This document shows, one piece after another, positions 46,523 through 56,019 of a stretch of 64,000 nucleotides of DNA. A program made the position numbers and the translations under genes. The notes under the pieces were generated by a model. It saw nothing but the letters and a program-made list of their open reading frames with translations. It made no database searches and was not told the origin of the DNA. This DNA comes from an uncultured bacterium (GTDB taxonomy: Bacteria; Joyebacterota; Joyebacteria; Joyebacterales; Joyebacteraceae), in assembly GCA_964562405.1 (NCBI GenBank), contig CAZLTC010000001.1, positions 252 to 64,251 of the forward strand. The letters run 5' to 3'. How positions within the stretch are numbered: the first letter of the stretch is position 1; each line of letters starts with the position of its first letter.

Positions 46523-47793
46523 CAACGTTCCCGTCCAGGCCGCTCTCAGGCAGGACGGTCGTCCTCGGAGTGACCGGGAGCATCGCCGCATTCAAGGCAC
46601 CCCACATCGCCGGCAGGCTTAAGGCGCTCGGGGCGACGGTCGTCGTCGTGATGACCGAGAACGCCACCAGGTTCGTGACGCCTCTCACATTCGAGACGCT
46701 CACCGGCACAGAGGTCGTGGTGAGCATGTTCCCGGAGACCGGGAAGCGCGGAACTGGAGTAGTCTCGGAGGCAGTGGCCTCAGGCGATCACCTGGAGCAC
46801 GTGCATCTGGCAGAGGCGGCGGACCTCGCCATCGTGGCGCCGGCCACGGCGAACATCATCGGGAAGCTCGCGGGAGGCATCGCCGACGATTTCCTCTCGA
46901 CGGAACTCATGGCCATGACCTGCCCCATCGTTCTCGCGCCGGCAATGAACGTGAACATGATGGAGTCGCAGGCAGTCGTTGCGAACCTCGAGATGCTTCG
47001 CACGCGCGGGGTCATCATTATCGAAGCCGATACCGGAAGGCTCGCGAGCGGAGCGGTCGGGAAGGGACGACTTGCCGACCCCGACCACATCGTCGATGTC
47101 GCGCTCGACCTGCTTCTTCCCGACCAGGACCTCGCCGGCAGGCGCGTCGTCGTGACCGCCGGGCCGACGTGGGAACGGATCGATCCCGTACGCCACATTG
47201 CCAACCCGTCCACCGGCACGATGGGATTCGCGCTCGCCGAGCGCGCGCTCCGAAGGGGAGCCGACGTGGTCCTGATCTCCGGACCGACGGCGCTCGAAGC
47301 GCCTCAGGGGGTCGCTATCGTACGCGTCACCACGACGGAGGAGATGGGTGATGCCGTGATGCGGGAGCTGGATCGGCTCGACGTGCTCGTGATGGCGGCC
47401 GCTCCGGCCGACTACAGGCCGGTGACGGTGTCCGAGAGCAAGCTCCGCAAGGGCAACGAACGCACCACGATGGAACTGGAGCCGACCGAGGACATCCTCC
47501 TGAGAGTGCGCGAGTCGAAGCGTCCGGACCAGTGCGTTGTGGGATTCGCTCTCGAGACGGAGAACGAGGTTGAGAACGCTCGGGCCAAACTCGAGCGGAA
47601 GGACCTCGATCTCATCGTGGTCAACAACCCCAAGGTGGAGGGCGCGGCCTTCGGGACCGGAACGAACGTCGTGACGATCATCGGCCGGTCGGGCCGTGAG
47701 GATTCTCCCGGGGTTATGGAGAAGACGGAGCTTGCAGACGTAATCCTGACCGCGGCTCTCGCGGAGCTGGGGGCTCGCAGTGATGCCCGCTGA
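46519..47793 (+). CDS. coaBC: bifunctional phosphopantothenoylcysteine decarboxylase / phosphopantothenate-cysteine ligase
   Basis: Flavoprotein N-domain (VVLGVTGSIAAFKA) and DFP C-domain (VVTAGPTWERIDPVRHIANPSTGTMG). Confidence 0.9.
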   Translation: MTTFPSRPLSGRTVVLGVTGSIAAFKAPHIAGRLKALGATVVVVMTENATRFVTPLTFETLTGTEVVVSMFPETGKRGTGVVSEAVASGDHLEHVHLAEAADLAIVAPATANIIGKLAGGIADDFLSTELMAMTCPIVLAPAMNVNMMESQAVVANLEMLRTRGVIIIEADTGRLASGAVGKGRLADPDHIVDVALDLLLPDQDLAGRRVVVTAGPTWERIDPVRHIANPSTGTMGFALAERALRRGADVVLISGPTALEAPQGVAIVRVTTTEEMGDAVMRELDRLDVLVMAAAPADYRPVTVSESKLRKGNERTTMELEPTEDILLRVRESKRPDQCVVGFALETENEVENARAKLERKDLDLIVVNNPKVEGAAFGTGTNVVTIIGRSGREDSPGVMEKTELADVILTAALAELGARSDAR

Positions 47794-47816
47794 TGACGCC
47801 ATGACCGCAGAACTCG

Positions 47817-48770
47817 ATGAGACGGGGGCACCCGGGAATGCCCGCTTATGACGCCGGGACTTCAGGAGCGAGGTCGGTCCTGATACGCTACCTCAGGCAG
47901 GTTCAGGAACTCGGCGAGGACGAGGTCTACCTCTCCGAGGACGTGAGAAACCTGCTCGCTCAGAGACTGGGATCGCGTAGTGCGTCGCCCGTAGCGAGCG
48001 GCCCGCAGAACCAGGAGCGCGTGGTGGCTGCACCGGGCGGCGGCCAGCAGAACCAGGGGCGCGTGGTGGCGGCACCGGGCGGCGGCCGCTCGGACGCGTC
48101 GAGGCTTGCCGCGTCGATCCCTGAGCCCGAGGTCATCGAGGCCAGGCTGGCCGTCAGCGGTGCAGCGGGCACGGGCGACATGTTCGCCGCGACGACCGAC
48201 ATCGACGACTGCACATCGCTCGAGGACGTGGAGAGACTCGCGCTCGGCTGTGAGAAGTGCGAGCTGGCGAGCGGCCGCACCAAGGTCGTGTTCGGAACGG
48301 GCAACCCAAACGCCACGCTCATGTTCATCGGGGAGGCCCCCGGGCGAGACGAGGATCTGTCCGGCGTGCCCTTCGTCGGGCGCGCGGGTCAGCTTCTCGA
48401 CAAGATACTCGCCGCGGCCGACATCGCCCGCGACAGTGTCTACATCGGCAACATCATCAAGTGCCGTCCTCCTAACAACCGGACGCCTCTCCTGAGCGAG
48501 ATAGACGCCTGCATGCCCTATCTCGCGAAGCAGCTGAACTGCATAAGGCCGAGCATCATATGTACCCTCGGACTTCCGGCAACGCAGACGCTGCTGGGGC
48601 TCAAGGGTTCGATGGCGAGCATGCGCGGGAAGCTCTATCGGGCCGGCGAGATCGCGGTCGTTCCGACCTATCACCCGGCGGCAGCGCTCCGCGACCCCAG
48701 GTACAAGAAGCCGATCTGGGAGGACTTCCTGCTCGTCAAGCGCGAGTACGACAAGGCCGGCAAGTCTTGA
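47817..48770 (+). CDS. family-4 uracil-DNA glycosylase with an N-terminal extension
   Basis: Fe-S cysteines (CEKCELA), GEAPGRDED motif and HPAAALR motif. The N-terminal ~130 aa contain an imperfect tandem repeat ([13 protein letters not shown] / [13 protein letters not shown]). Confidence 0.8.
   Translation: MRRGHPGMPAYDAGTSGARSVLIRYLRQVQELGEDEVYLSEDVRNLLAQRLGSRSASPVASGPQNQERVVAAPGGGQQNQGRVVAAPGGGRSDASRLAASIPEPEVIEARLAVSGAAGTGDMFAATTDIDDCTSLEDVERLALGCEKCELASGRTKVVFGTGNPNATLMFIGEAPGRDEDLSGVPFVGRAGQLLDKILAAADIARDSVYIGNIIKCRPPNNRTPLLSEIDACMPYLAKQLNCIRPSIICTLGLPATQTLLGLKGSMASMRGKLYRAGEIAVVPTYHPAAALRDPRYKKPIWEDFLLVKREYDKAGKS
48005..48085 (+). repeat. imperfect 2x ~40-bp tandem repeat inside the udg N-terminal extension
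   Basis: cagaaccagg(a/g)gcgcgtggtgg(c)tgcaccgggcggcggc occurs twice in tandem. It encodes QNQ(E/G)RVVAAPGGG. Confidence 0.6.
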
Positions 48771-49600
48771 GATTCCTCTACGTGACCGACCTCCACGGCG
48801 ACGCTGACAAGTATGCGACGGCGCTTCGAACGGCTCTGGACGAACGCGTGGAGATCGTCGTGAACGGCGGCGACCTTCTCCCCAAGGGCGCGGGACGCGC
48901 CGGGCAGGAGTCGTTCCTGCGGGACTTCATAGACCCTCATCTCTCGGAGTACGACCGGGCGGGTGTTCACTACCTGGCCTGTCTCGGCAACGATGACCTC
49001 AGGATCTACGACGAGGCGTTCGACGAGCTGTGCGGCAGGCATGCGTTCGCGGAGAACCTGGCGCAGCGCCGCTGGGAGCGCGATGGCGTGGAGTTCATAG
49101 GCATGAACTGGGTCGTCGACTACCCGTTTCGCCTCAAGGACCGCTGCAGGATGGACCACGAAGGGTACCAATTCCAGGCGCAGTTCGGGACGGGACTCCT
49201 CTCGGGACGCGACGGGCTCCTTGAAATCGAGGACTGGTTCTCATACGCTCGAACACTGCCCACCATCGAGGACGAGCTGCTTGAGCTGGTCAGACCGTCC
49301 GACATGCGCCGGGCCGTCTACGTAATGCACATGCCTCCCGTCGGCCTGGGGCTGGACGAGTGCGGCCAGGGTCCTAAGGTGGGCTCCGAGTCCGTCTACG
49401 CGTTCATCGAGCGGGAGCAGCCGATGATCACGCTGCACGGTCACATCCACGAGTCGCCCGACGTAAGCAAGCTGTGGTGCTCTTCGATCGGCGACACGGT
49501 CTGCGTTCAGCCGGGACAGTCGGAGAAAGGTGGCCCGCTGTCGCTGGTCATCGTGGACGTTGATGGTGAGAGCAGGACCCTCGAACGGCGAATCGTCTGA
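48767..49600 (+). CDS. metallophosphoesterase (calcineurin-like)
   Basis: Motifs LYVTDLHGD, GGDLLPKG, CLGNDD and LHGHIHES. TTG at 48767 overlaps the udg stop. Confidence 0.7.
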   Translation: MRFLYVTDLHGDADKYATALRTALDERVEIVVNGGDLLPKGAGRAGQESFLRDFIDPHLSEYDRAGVHYLACLGNDDLRIYDEAFDELCGRHAFAENLAQRRWERDGVEFIGMNWVVDYPFRLKDRCRMDHEGYQFQAQFGTGLLSGRDGLLEIEDWFSYARTLPTIEDELLELVRPSDMRRAVYVMHMPPVGLGLDECGQGPKVGSESVYAFIEREQPMITLHGHIHESPDVSKLWCSSIGDTVCVQPGQSEKGGPLSLVIVDVDGESRTLERRIV

Positions 49601-49620
49601 CAGCAGGTGGCGGAGGCACG

Positions 49621-51018
49621 ATGGCAACGACAGAGAGAACAGCTCAGACGGCCGCGCCGGAGATCCCGGCTGGAAGGGTTCCGCCGCAGGCGGTGGACGT
49701 AGAGGTGGCCGTCCTTGGTGCGATAATGCTGGACAAGACGGCCGTCGGGATCGTCACCGAACTTCTCGACGAGACCGCGTTCTACCGCACCTCCCACCGG
49801 AAGATATTCAGGGCCGTCCTGCAGCTCTTCGCCCGTGACGAGGCCGTCGATCTCGTCACGGTCACGCAGGAACTCAAGAAGACGAAGGACCTCGACGACG
49901 TGGGCGGAGCCGCCTACCTGTCGACGATACTCGGCAGCGTTGCGACGACCGCGAACGTGCGCTACCACGCGAAGATCATTCTGGAAAAGTCCGTGCTCCG
50001 CAGGCTCATCACCGTGGCCGCCGAGATCGCGCAGGAGGCCTACGACACGAGCGGCGAGGCGAGCGACATCCTCGACAGGGCCGAGCACATGATCTTCGAG
50101 ATCGCGCAGGCCCGCGTTAGGCGCGACTTCGTGCCGATGAGGGAGATCCTCAAGCACAGCTTCGAGGTCATCGAGGAGCTGTACAGACGCAAGGAACACA
50201 TAACGGGCATACCGTCGGGGTTCGTCGACCTCGACACGATAACCTCGGGCTTCCAGAGGTCCGACCTCGTGATCATCGCCGGGCGGCCGTCGATGGGCAA
50301 GACCGCCTTCGCCCTCAACGTCGCAGCCCACGCGGCCATCCAGAAGGGTCTGGGGACGGCCATCTTCAGTCTCGAGATGTCGCGGGCCCAGCTCGTCCAG
50401 CGAATGCTCTGCAGTGAGGCCCGCGTCGATGCGCATCAGCTCAGGACCGGCCACCTGGCCGACAGACACTGGTCGAGCCTGACGACGGCGGCGGGACTGC
50501 TCTCCGAGGCGCCAATATGGATCGACGACACGCCGGCCATGACCGTTCTCGAGATGCGCTCAAAGGCGCGGCGTCTCAAGACCGAGGCGGACATTGGAGT
50601 GATAATCGTCGACTATCTCCAGCTGATGCATGGGCTGGCGCGCCAGGAAAACAGGCAACAGGAGATCTCGGAGATCTCGCGGTCGCTGAAGGGCCTCGCG
50701 AAGGAGCTGGACGTGCCGGTCATCGCTCTGTCCCAGCTGTCGAGGGCGGTCGAGACGCGAGGCGGCGACAGACGGCCGATCCTGTCAGACCTTCGTGAAT
50801 CGGGCGCCATCGAGCAGGACGCGGACGTCGTGGCGTTCATCTACAGACCCGAGGTCTACGACAGGAGCCCCGAGAACATCGGGATCGCCGAGGTCATCAT
50901 AGGCAAACAGAGGAATGGTCCCACGGGGACGGTCCGTCTCGCGTTTTCTTCCGAGTGCACACGTTTCGACAACCTGAGCTCGAGGCCCGACGATGGATTC
51001 GATATCGGCGACCTCTAG
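49621..51018 (+). CDS. dnaB: replicative DNA helicase
   Basis: DnaB N-domain. Walker A GRPSMGKTAFALN and Walker B IIVDYLQLM. No intein. Confidence 0.95.
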   Translation: MATTERTAQTAAPEIPAGRVPPQAVDVEVAVLGAIMLDKTAVGIVTELLDETAFYRTSHRKIFRAVLQLFARDEAVDLVTVTQELKKTKDLDDVGGAAYLSTILGSVATTANVRYHAKIILEKSVLRRLITVAAEIAQEAYDTSGEASDILDRAEHMIFEIAQARVRRDFVPMREILKHSFEVIEELYRRKEHITGIPSGFVDLDTITSGFQRSDLVIIAGRPSMGKTAFALNVAAHAAIQKGLGTAIFSLEMSRAQLVQRMLCSEARVDAHQLRTGHLADRHWSSLTTAAGLLSEAPIWIDDTPAMTVLEMRSKARRLKTEADIGVIIVDYLQLMHGLARQENRQQEISEISRSLKGLAKELDVPVIALSQLSRAVETRGGDRRPILSDLRESGAIEQDADVVAFIYRPEVYDRSPENIGIAEVIIGKQRNGPTGTVRLAFSSECTRFDNLSSRPDDGFDIGDL

Positions 51019-51811
51019 GGAACAGCGCGGGGGATTCTTCACCGCGCTCGGCGCCGTCACGCTGGAGTTCGTTCGCGAGACCGGGGCGTCCGGGATGCTC
51101 TTCTGGCGCGGACTCGTCGCGCTGCGCATGCTCCCGCGCTCCATGCCGCTCGTGTTCGAGCAGGCACGCCGCATCGGCGTCGAGTCGCTGCCGCTCGTGG
51201 TCATCACATCGGTCTTCACCGGCGCGGTCACCGCCGTCCAGGCCGCGTACCAGCTCAAGGGCTTCGTGCCCGAGGCCTACATCGGGACCGCGATATACAA
51301 GTCCGTCGTGATCGAATTGGGGCCCGTGTTGACAGCGCTCGTAGTGGGCGGGCGTGTCAGCGCCTCGATAGCCGCCGAGCTGGGCACGATGCGAGTGACC
51401 GAACAGGTCGATGCGCTCGAGGCGATGGCGATCGATCCCGTTCGCTACCTCGCGATGCCGCGCATCATCGCCGCCCTCATAATGCTCCCCGTGCTCACGA
51501 TCTTTGCCGACGCTCTTGCCATTGGCGGCGGTTTCGTCATCTCGAACGCGTCGTTGGGAGTGTCTCCGAGCACGTTCCTGAACGGTGTCAGGATGTTCTT
51601 CTTCGAGGGGGACGTCTTCGGAGGTCTCATCAAGTCGTTCGTCTTCGGAGGGATCATCGCTCTCATGGGCTGCGCCGCCGGGCTCCGCGCGCGGGGCGGG
51701 GCGGTCGGGGTGGGCCAGGCCGCGACGCGCGCCGTAGTCGCCAGCTGTGTGCTGATCCTCATCTCCGACTACGTGCTGGCCACGCTTCTCTTCAAGGTGA
51801 TCTTCGGCTAG
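50993..51811 (+). CDS. mlaE: phospholipid ABC transporter permease MlaE
   Basis: MlaE/YrbE permease family with 5-6 transmembrane segments. Followed by mlaF and mlaD. Confidence 0.85.
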   Translation: MDSISATSREQRGGFFTALGAVTLEFVRETGASGMLFWRGLVALRMLPRSMPLVFEQARRIGVESLPLVVITSVFTGAVTAVQAAYQLKGFVPEAYIGTAIYKSVVIELGPVLTALVVGGRVSASIAAELGTMRVTEQVDALEAMAIDPVRYLAMPRIIAALIMLPVLTIFADALAIGGGFVISNASLGVSPSTFLNGVRMFFFEGDVFGGLIKSFVFGGIIALMGCAAGLRARGGAVGVGQAATRAVVASCVLILISDYVLATLLFKVIFG

Positions 51812-51819
51812 GAGCGGTG

Positions 51820-52605
51820 ATGATCGGACGTGTCATCGTGGAGACAGTGGGGCTCTGGAAGTCGTTCGGGGAGAACGAGGTCCTGCGCGGCGTCGACCTG
51901 ACGCTCAAAGACGGAGAGACCCTGGTCGTCCTGGGGCCCTCCGGTTGCGGCAAGAGCGTGCTCCTGAAACACGTCATAGGGCTTCTCTCGCCGGACAGGG
52001 GTTCCGTGCTGGTCTACGGCAAGGACATCACGCGCCTGCCGAGAAGGGCCCTGGCCGAGGCGCGCAAGTCGTTCGGGATGGTCTTCCAGGGCGCAGCCCT
52101 CTTCGACTCCATGAGCGTCGGCGACAACGTCGGACTTCCGCTCCGCGAGCACAAGGGCATGAAGGGTCCTGAGCTTGCGGCGCTCGTGGACCAGAAGCTC
52201 TCACTGGTGGGTCTCGAGGGGATGGCAGCGCTCATGCCGTCCGAGATCTCCGGCGGCATGAAGAAGCGCGTCGCTCTGGCGAGGGCGATCGCGCTCGACC
52301 CCGACATCATCCTGTACGACGAGCCGACCACCGGGCTCGACCCTGTGATGGCCGAGCAGATAAACGAGCTGATACGTAACACGCAGAGGAAGCTGAACGC
52401 TTCGTCCATCGTCGTCACGCACGACCTGCACAGCGCCTGTTTTACGGGAGACCGAGTGGCCTTGATGGACGAGGGACGCATCGCGTTCGTCGGCACGACC
52501 GACGAGCTGACGACGACCGACAATGCGGCGGTAAGGAGCTTCGTGGCCAGGGGTCATCCCGGCACGATCTCCAACCCGTCGTGTGGGCTGGACCCGTTCG
52601 CGTGA
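51820..52605 (+). CDS. mlaF: phospholipid ABC transporter ATP-binding protein MlaF
   Basis: Walker A GPSGCGKS, signature ISGGMKKR and Walker B ILYDEPTTGLD. Confidence 0.85.
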   Translation: MIGRVIVETVGLWKSFGENEVLRGVDLTLKDGETLVVLGPSGCGKSVLLKHVIGLLSPDRGSVLVYGKDITRLPRRALAEARKSFGMVFQGAALFDSMSVGDNVGLPLREHKGMKGPELAALVDQKLSLVGLEGMAALMPSEISGGMKKRVALARAIALDPDIILYDEPTTGLDPVMAEQINELIRNTQRKLNASSIVVTHDLHSACFTGDRVALMDEGRIAFVGTTDELTTTDNAAVRSFVARGHPGTISNPSCGLDPFA

Positions 52606-52702
52606 AACGCCGGGACGGGGAGTGAATCCTCGGGCGGACTGGGTCGGAGGACCCCTGTCCCGCTGCGGCCGGCCCACGGGGAGACGATTCGGAGGGCGCC
52701 AG

Positions 52703-53566
52703 ATGAGCGAGAGAGGCAACGAACTGAAAGTCGGCGTGACGCTGACGGCGGCCGGCCTCGTGCTGATACTGGGGATACTATGGCTGGGCGGCGTGAAGCT
52801 GGGCAACAACGCGTACGGGTTCAGCGTCGTGTTCCCGGAGGTAGCGGGTCTCGGTGTTGGCGACCGCGTCACCGTAGCGGGGATAGCCTCAGGTGAGATC
52901 CTCGATCTTCAGCTTGTCGAGGGCAAGGTCGTGGCGGACGTGTCACTCAACAGCGAGATCCACGTTCCGGTCGACTCGCGCATCAGCGTGTCGACGTACG
53001 GCCTCATCGGTGCCAAGGTGATAGCCATCCGACCCGGCGAGAGCGACGAATACATCAAGGCGGGCGACACGGTCTTCGGGTACTACGACAAGGGGTTGGG
53101 CGATGTAGTGGCGGAGATGGGCGAGGCTCTGACGGAGATCCGCAGCGTGCTCGGTGCGGCAGACCGGGCTCTGTCGGACACCCAGAGCCGCAAGAGGGTC
53201 GGGGAGACGCTCGAGAACGCGAGCATCGCCTCCGCGAGTCTCAAGGAGGCCGTCGGCGACTTCCGCGTTACCGCCGCGAGTCTCAAGGAGTTCGTGGAAC
53301 AGAACAGGGACGGCGCTTCGGCGACCGTGGACTCGCTCACCGTTGCCTCGGCGAGGTTCGCCCAGCTGACCGTCGAACTCAAGAATATCTCGGCGTCGCT
53401 CGACTCGATCGTCACGAGAGTGGAGAGGGGAGAGGGTTCGCTGGGCAAGGTGATCGGCGACGACACGGCCCACGACGAGTTCCTGGCTGCCGTTCGAGAG
53501 GTGCGCGAGCTCGTGGCGAAGATCCGCGAGAACCCGAAGAGCTTCGTGAGGTTCTCGATCTTCTAG
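52703..53566 (+). CDS. mlaD: MCE-family outer-membrane lipid asymmetry protein MlaD-like
   Basis: N-terminal transmembrane anchor and MCE domain (YGFSVVFPEVAGLGVGDRVTVAGIASGEI). GGAGGG RBS before the ATG at 52703. Confidence 0.8.
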   Translation: MSERGNELKVGVTLTAAGLVLILGILWLGGVKLGNNAYGFSVVFPEVAGLGVGDRVTVAGIASGEILDLQLVEGKVVADVSLNSEIHVPVDSRISVSTYGLIGAKVIAIRPGESDEYIKAGDTVFGYYDKGLGDVVAEMGEALTEIRSVLGAADRALSDTQSRKRVGETLENASIASASLKEAVGDFRVTAASLKEFVEQNRDGASATVDSLTVASARFAQLTVELKNISASLDSIVTRVERGEGSLGKVIGDDTAHDEFLAAVREVRELVAKIRENPKSFVRFSIF

Positions 53567-53631
53567 TGCGGGGAACGGCAGCTCTTTCGGTTCGGCTCGT
53601 GTCCGGCGTCTGTCCGGCGCGTACGGGCTCT

Positions 53632-54516
53632 TCAGTGCGCCCGCCGATCCCACTCTCCGATCTCCGCGACCTCACGCCTCATCCCCTCCTCGAACGGGAT
53701 GGCGGAGTAGCCCAGGTCGCGCTCGATCTCATCCGTAGGGAACGACTTGTCCTCGTTCAGACGCAGGATCTGCTCGCCGTGGAGCTGGGGGTTCCTCGTC
53801 AGCCTGCGGTAGAGCCTCACCATCGCCAGCGACAGCGGCAGCGGAATATGCACGCGGAGCACTCGTCTGCCGAGCAGCCTCGCCGTCGTGTCGATGACCT
53901 CGTTGTACGTGACAGCGTCGCCTCCAGCGACGTCGTACGCCCTCCCTATGCTCGCGGGATTCTCGATCGCGAGCACGACTGCCTTCGCGAGATCCTCGAC
54001 GTGCACGGGCTGCTGCAGATGAGTTCCAGGACCGAAGACCGGTATGACTCGGTGCGACGACAGATAGCGGACCAGCTTGCACATGTTCCGGTCCTCGTGG
54101 GTGCCATAGATCATCGTGGGCCGCAGGACCGTGTGGTCCAGGCCGCTATCGCGCACGACGTTCTCGGCTTCGGTCTTCCTGGCCTTGCTCCTCGCGTTCA
54201 GGTTCGTGAAGATGCTCGTCGTGCCGATAACGACGATGCGACGGACTTCCGCCTCGCGGGCGGCCTTCACGATGCCGCGGGCGATGTCGGGCGTGAGCGG
54301 TCCGGCGCTCGCGAGGACGTCGTGACCCCGTACCGCGGCCGCCAGCGCGGAGGCGTCTTCGAGCTCGCCCCCGGCGATCGCCGCGCCCCGGGCCTTGATC
54401 TCGCTCGTATCGCTCCCGGCCCTGGCGTAGCACGTGACCACGTGCCCCGCTTCGAGGAGCAGCCTGAGCACCCTTCTGCCTGTGAATCCGGTCGCTCCCG
54501 CCAGCAGCACCTTCAT
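53632..54516 (-). CDS. NAD(P)-binding Rossmann-fold oxidoreductase (NmrA / complex-I NDUFA9-like)
   Basis: N-terminal GATGFTG motif. 294 aa. Confidence 0.7.
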   Translation of the reverse strand: MKVLLAGATGFTGRRVLRLLLEAGHVVTCYARAGSDTSEIKARGAAIAGGELEDASALAAAVRGHDVLASAGPLTPDIARGIVKAAREAEVRRIVVIGTTSIFTNLNARSKARKTEAENVVRDSGLDHTVLRPTMIYGTHEDRNMCKLVRYLSSHRVIPVFGPGTHLQQPVHVEDLAKAVVLAIENPASIGRAYDVAGGDAVTYNEVIDTTARLLGRRVLRVHIPLPLSLAMVRLYRRLTRNPQLHGEQILRLNEDKSFPTDEIERDLGYSAIPFEEGMRREVAEIGEWDRRAH

Positions 54517-54703
54517 GCGACCTCCCGTTTCCGCGTCGCTGGAGAAGGTAGCAGATTGGCGCTCTGAGCGCCAGCGCTTGTGAGGCGAAGGGCGTCTGTG
54601 CTAATGTCGTCACGCTTCGGTCCGGCCCCCGGGGCCGGTGCAGTGAGCCCGTGAGCGCCGCCGTACGGGCGAGATCCGTCACCCTTCCGCGGAGGAGACA
54701 GCG

Positions 54704-55996
54704 TTGCGTCGTGGAGTCGCGGCCGTCATCTGTGCCGTGCTTGTCGCCGTGGCCGCCGCCCTTTTGTTCATCTGGTGGGCGCCGGCGGAGGAACGGGTCT
54801 TCCTGCCGTTCGCCCCGTCCAGAAGCTGCGTGATCGCTGTCACCGACGACACCGACTTCTTCCAGTTCGACACGACCGACCCCGTCTACGCGCTCATCGA
54901 CAGCCTGGGGTTACGGGTCACGAAGACCGTCTGGGCGTTCGATCACCCGGAGCATCCCCCGCGGCGAGCCGGTCTCACCCTCGACGACCCGGCATACCGC
55001 GAGTGGGTCGCGGGAGAGGCGGCTCACGGGCACGAGATAGCCCTGCACTCGGCCACGGCCGGCCACGACGAGCGCGCCACGACCATAGCGGCGTTCGACA
55101 CGCTGGAGAGCCTGACCGGAACGCCGGCACGCATAGTCGTGTTCCACAGCACCAACCGCGAGGCGTTCTACTGGGGGGATCGGAGGCTTCCGAGCCCGCT
55201 TCTCCGCTGGGTCTACGCGCGCAGAACGGGCGGGTCCGACTTCGAGGGAGACGAGCCGTCGAGCCCGTTCTACTGGGTCGACGTGTCCAGAGACCTCGTG
55301 ACATACGTCAGGGGATACACGACCGACGAGATCAACACGCTCGCCGTCGACCCTTCCATGCCATACGAGGACCCGTGGACTCCGGACGCGCCGCTGTGGT
55401 GCGCCAGCAGCAACGGTCGATTGGCGGGCGAGTTCGAGAGGCTCCTGGCGGCGAACAACGTCGAGCGTCTGAAGCGCCAGCAGGGAGTCAGCCTCGTCTA
55501 CACGCACTTCGCGAGGGGTTTCACTGAGCCGTCGGAGCACGGGAACTCGCGTGTAACGCGGGCGGCGCGCGAGGCGTTCGTCCGCTGCGGCGCCGATTCC
55601 GAGGTCGAGTTCGCGCCCGCGGGAGAGGTCCTCGACCGCCTCCGGGCGGTGCAGTATCTGGAGGATGCGCTCCGGGCGGCGAAGGGCCGTCAAGGCCGCG
55701 CCACCGTGCAGATGCCCCCCAGGCTCATCGGCGTTCTGGACGACATCTCCGTGGTGCCGTCCAGGCTGCCGGCATCGTTCGGTCCGGCGTCAGGGGCGTC
55801 GCATCAGGGCGCCGCGTCAGCTTCGACCGACGCGAGGGTGGCTCTCCGGGAGTGGCTGCGAGATGTGGGCTGGGACGTGAAGGCTGGCGACATGACCGTC
55901 TTCGATGACACCCGGAAGCTCGGTCTGCGAGAGCGCTACCGAATGGTCCTGCGCTGGCTGTGGATGTCCTTCGCATCGCCATCGCGCGGATACTAG
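54704..55996 (+). CDS. membrane-anchored hypothetical protein, possible polysaccharide-deacetylase-like (CE4 / DUF2334-type) fold
   Basis: N-terminal transmembrane helix. VTDDTD and EIALHSATAGH blocks are reminiscent of NodB motifs 1 and 2. Assignment is weak. Confidence 0.4.
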   Translation: MRRGVAAVICAVLVAVAAALLFIWWAPAEERVFLPFAPSRSCVIAVTDDTDFFQFDTTDPVYALIDSLGLRVTKTVWAFDHPEHPPRRAGLTLDDPAYREWVAGEAAHGHEIALHSATAGHDERATTIAAFDTLESLTGTPARIVVFHSTNREAFYWGDRRLPSPLLRWVYARRTGGSDFEGDEPSSPFYWVDVSRDLVTYVRGYTTDEINTLAVDPSMPYEDPWTPDAPLWCASSNGRLAGEFERLLAANNVERLKRQQGVSLVYTHFARGFTEPSEHGNSRVTRAAREAFVRCGADSEVEFAPAGEVLDRLRAVQYLEDALRAAKGRQGRATVQMPPRLIGVLDDISVVPSRLPASFGPASGASHQGAASASTDARVALREWLRDVGWDVKAGDMTVFDDTRKLGLRERYRMVLRWLWMSFASPSRGY

Positions 55997-56019
55997 ACCG
56001 AACGAGAGGGCGAGGGGAC

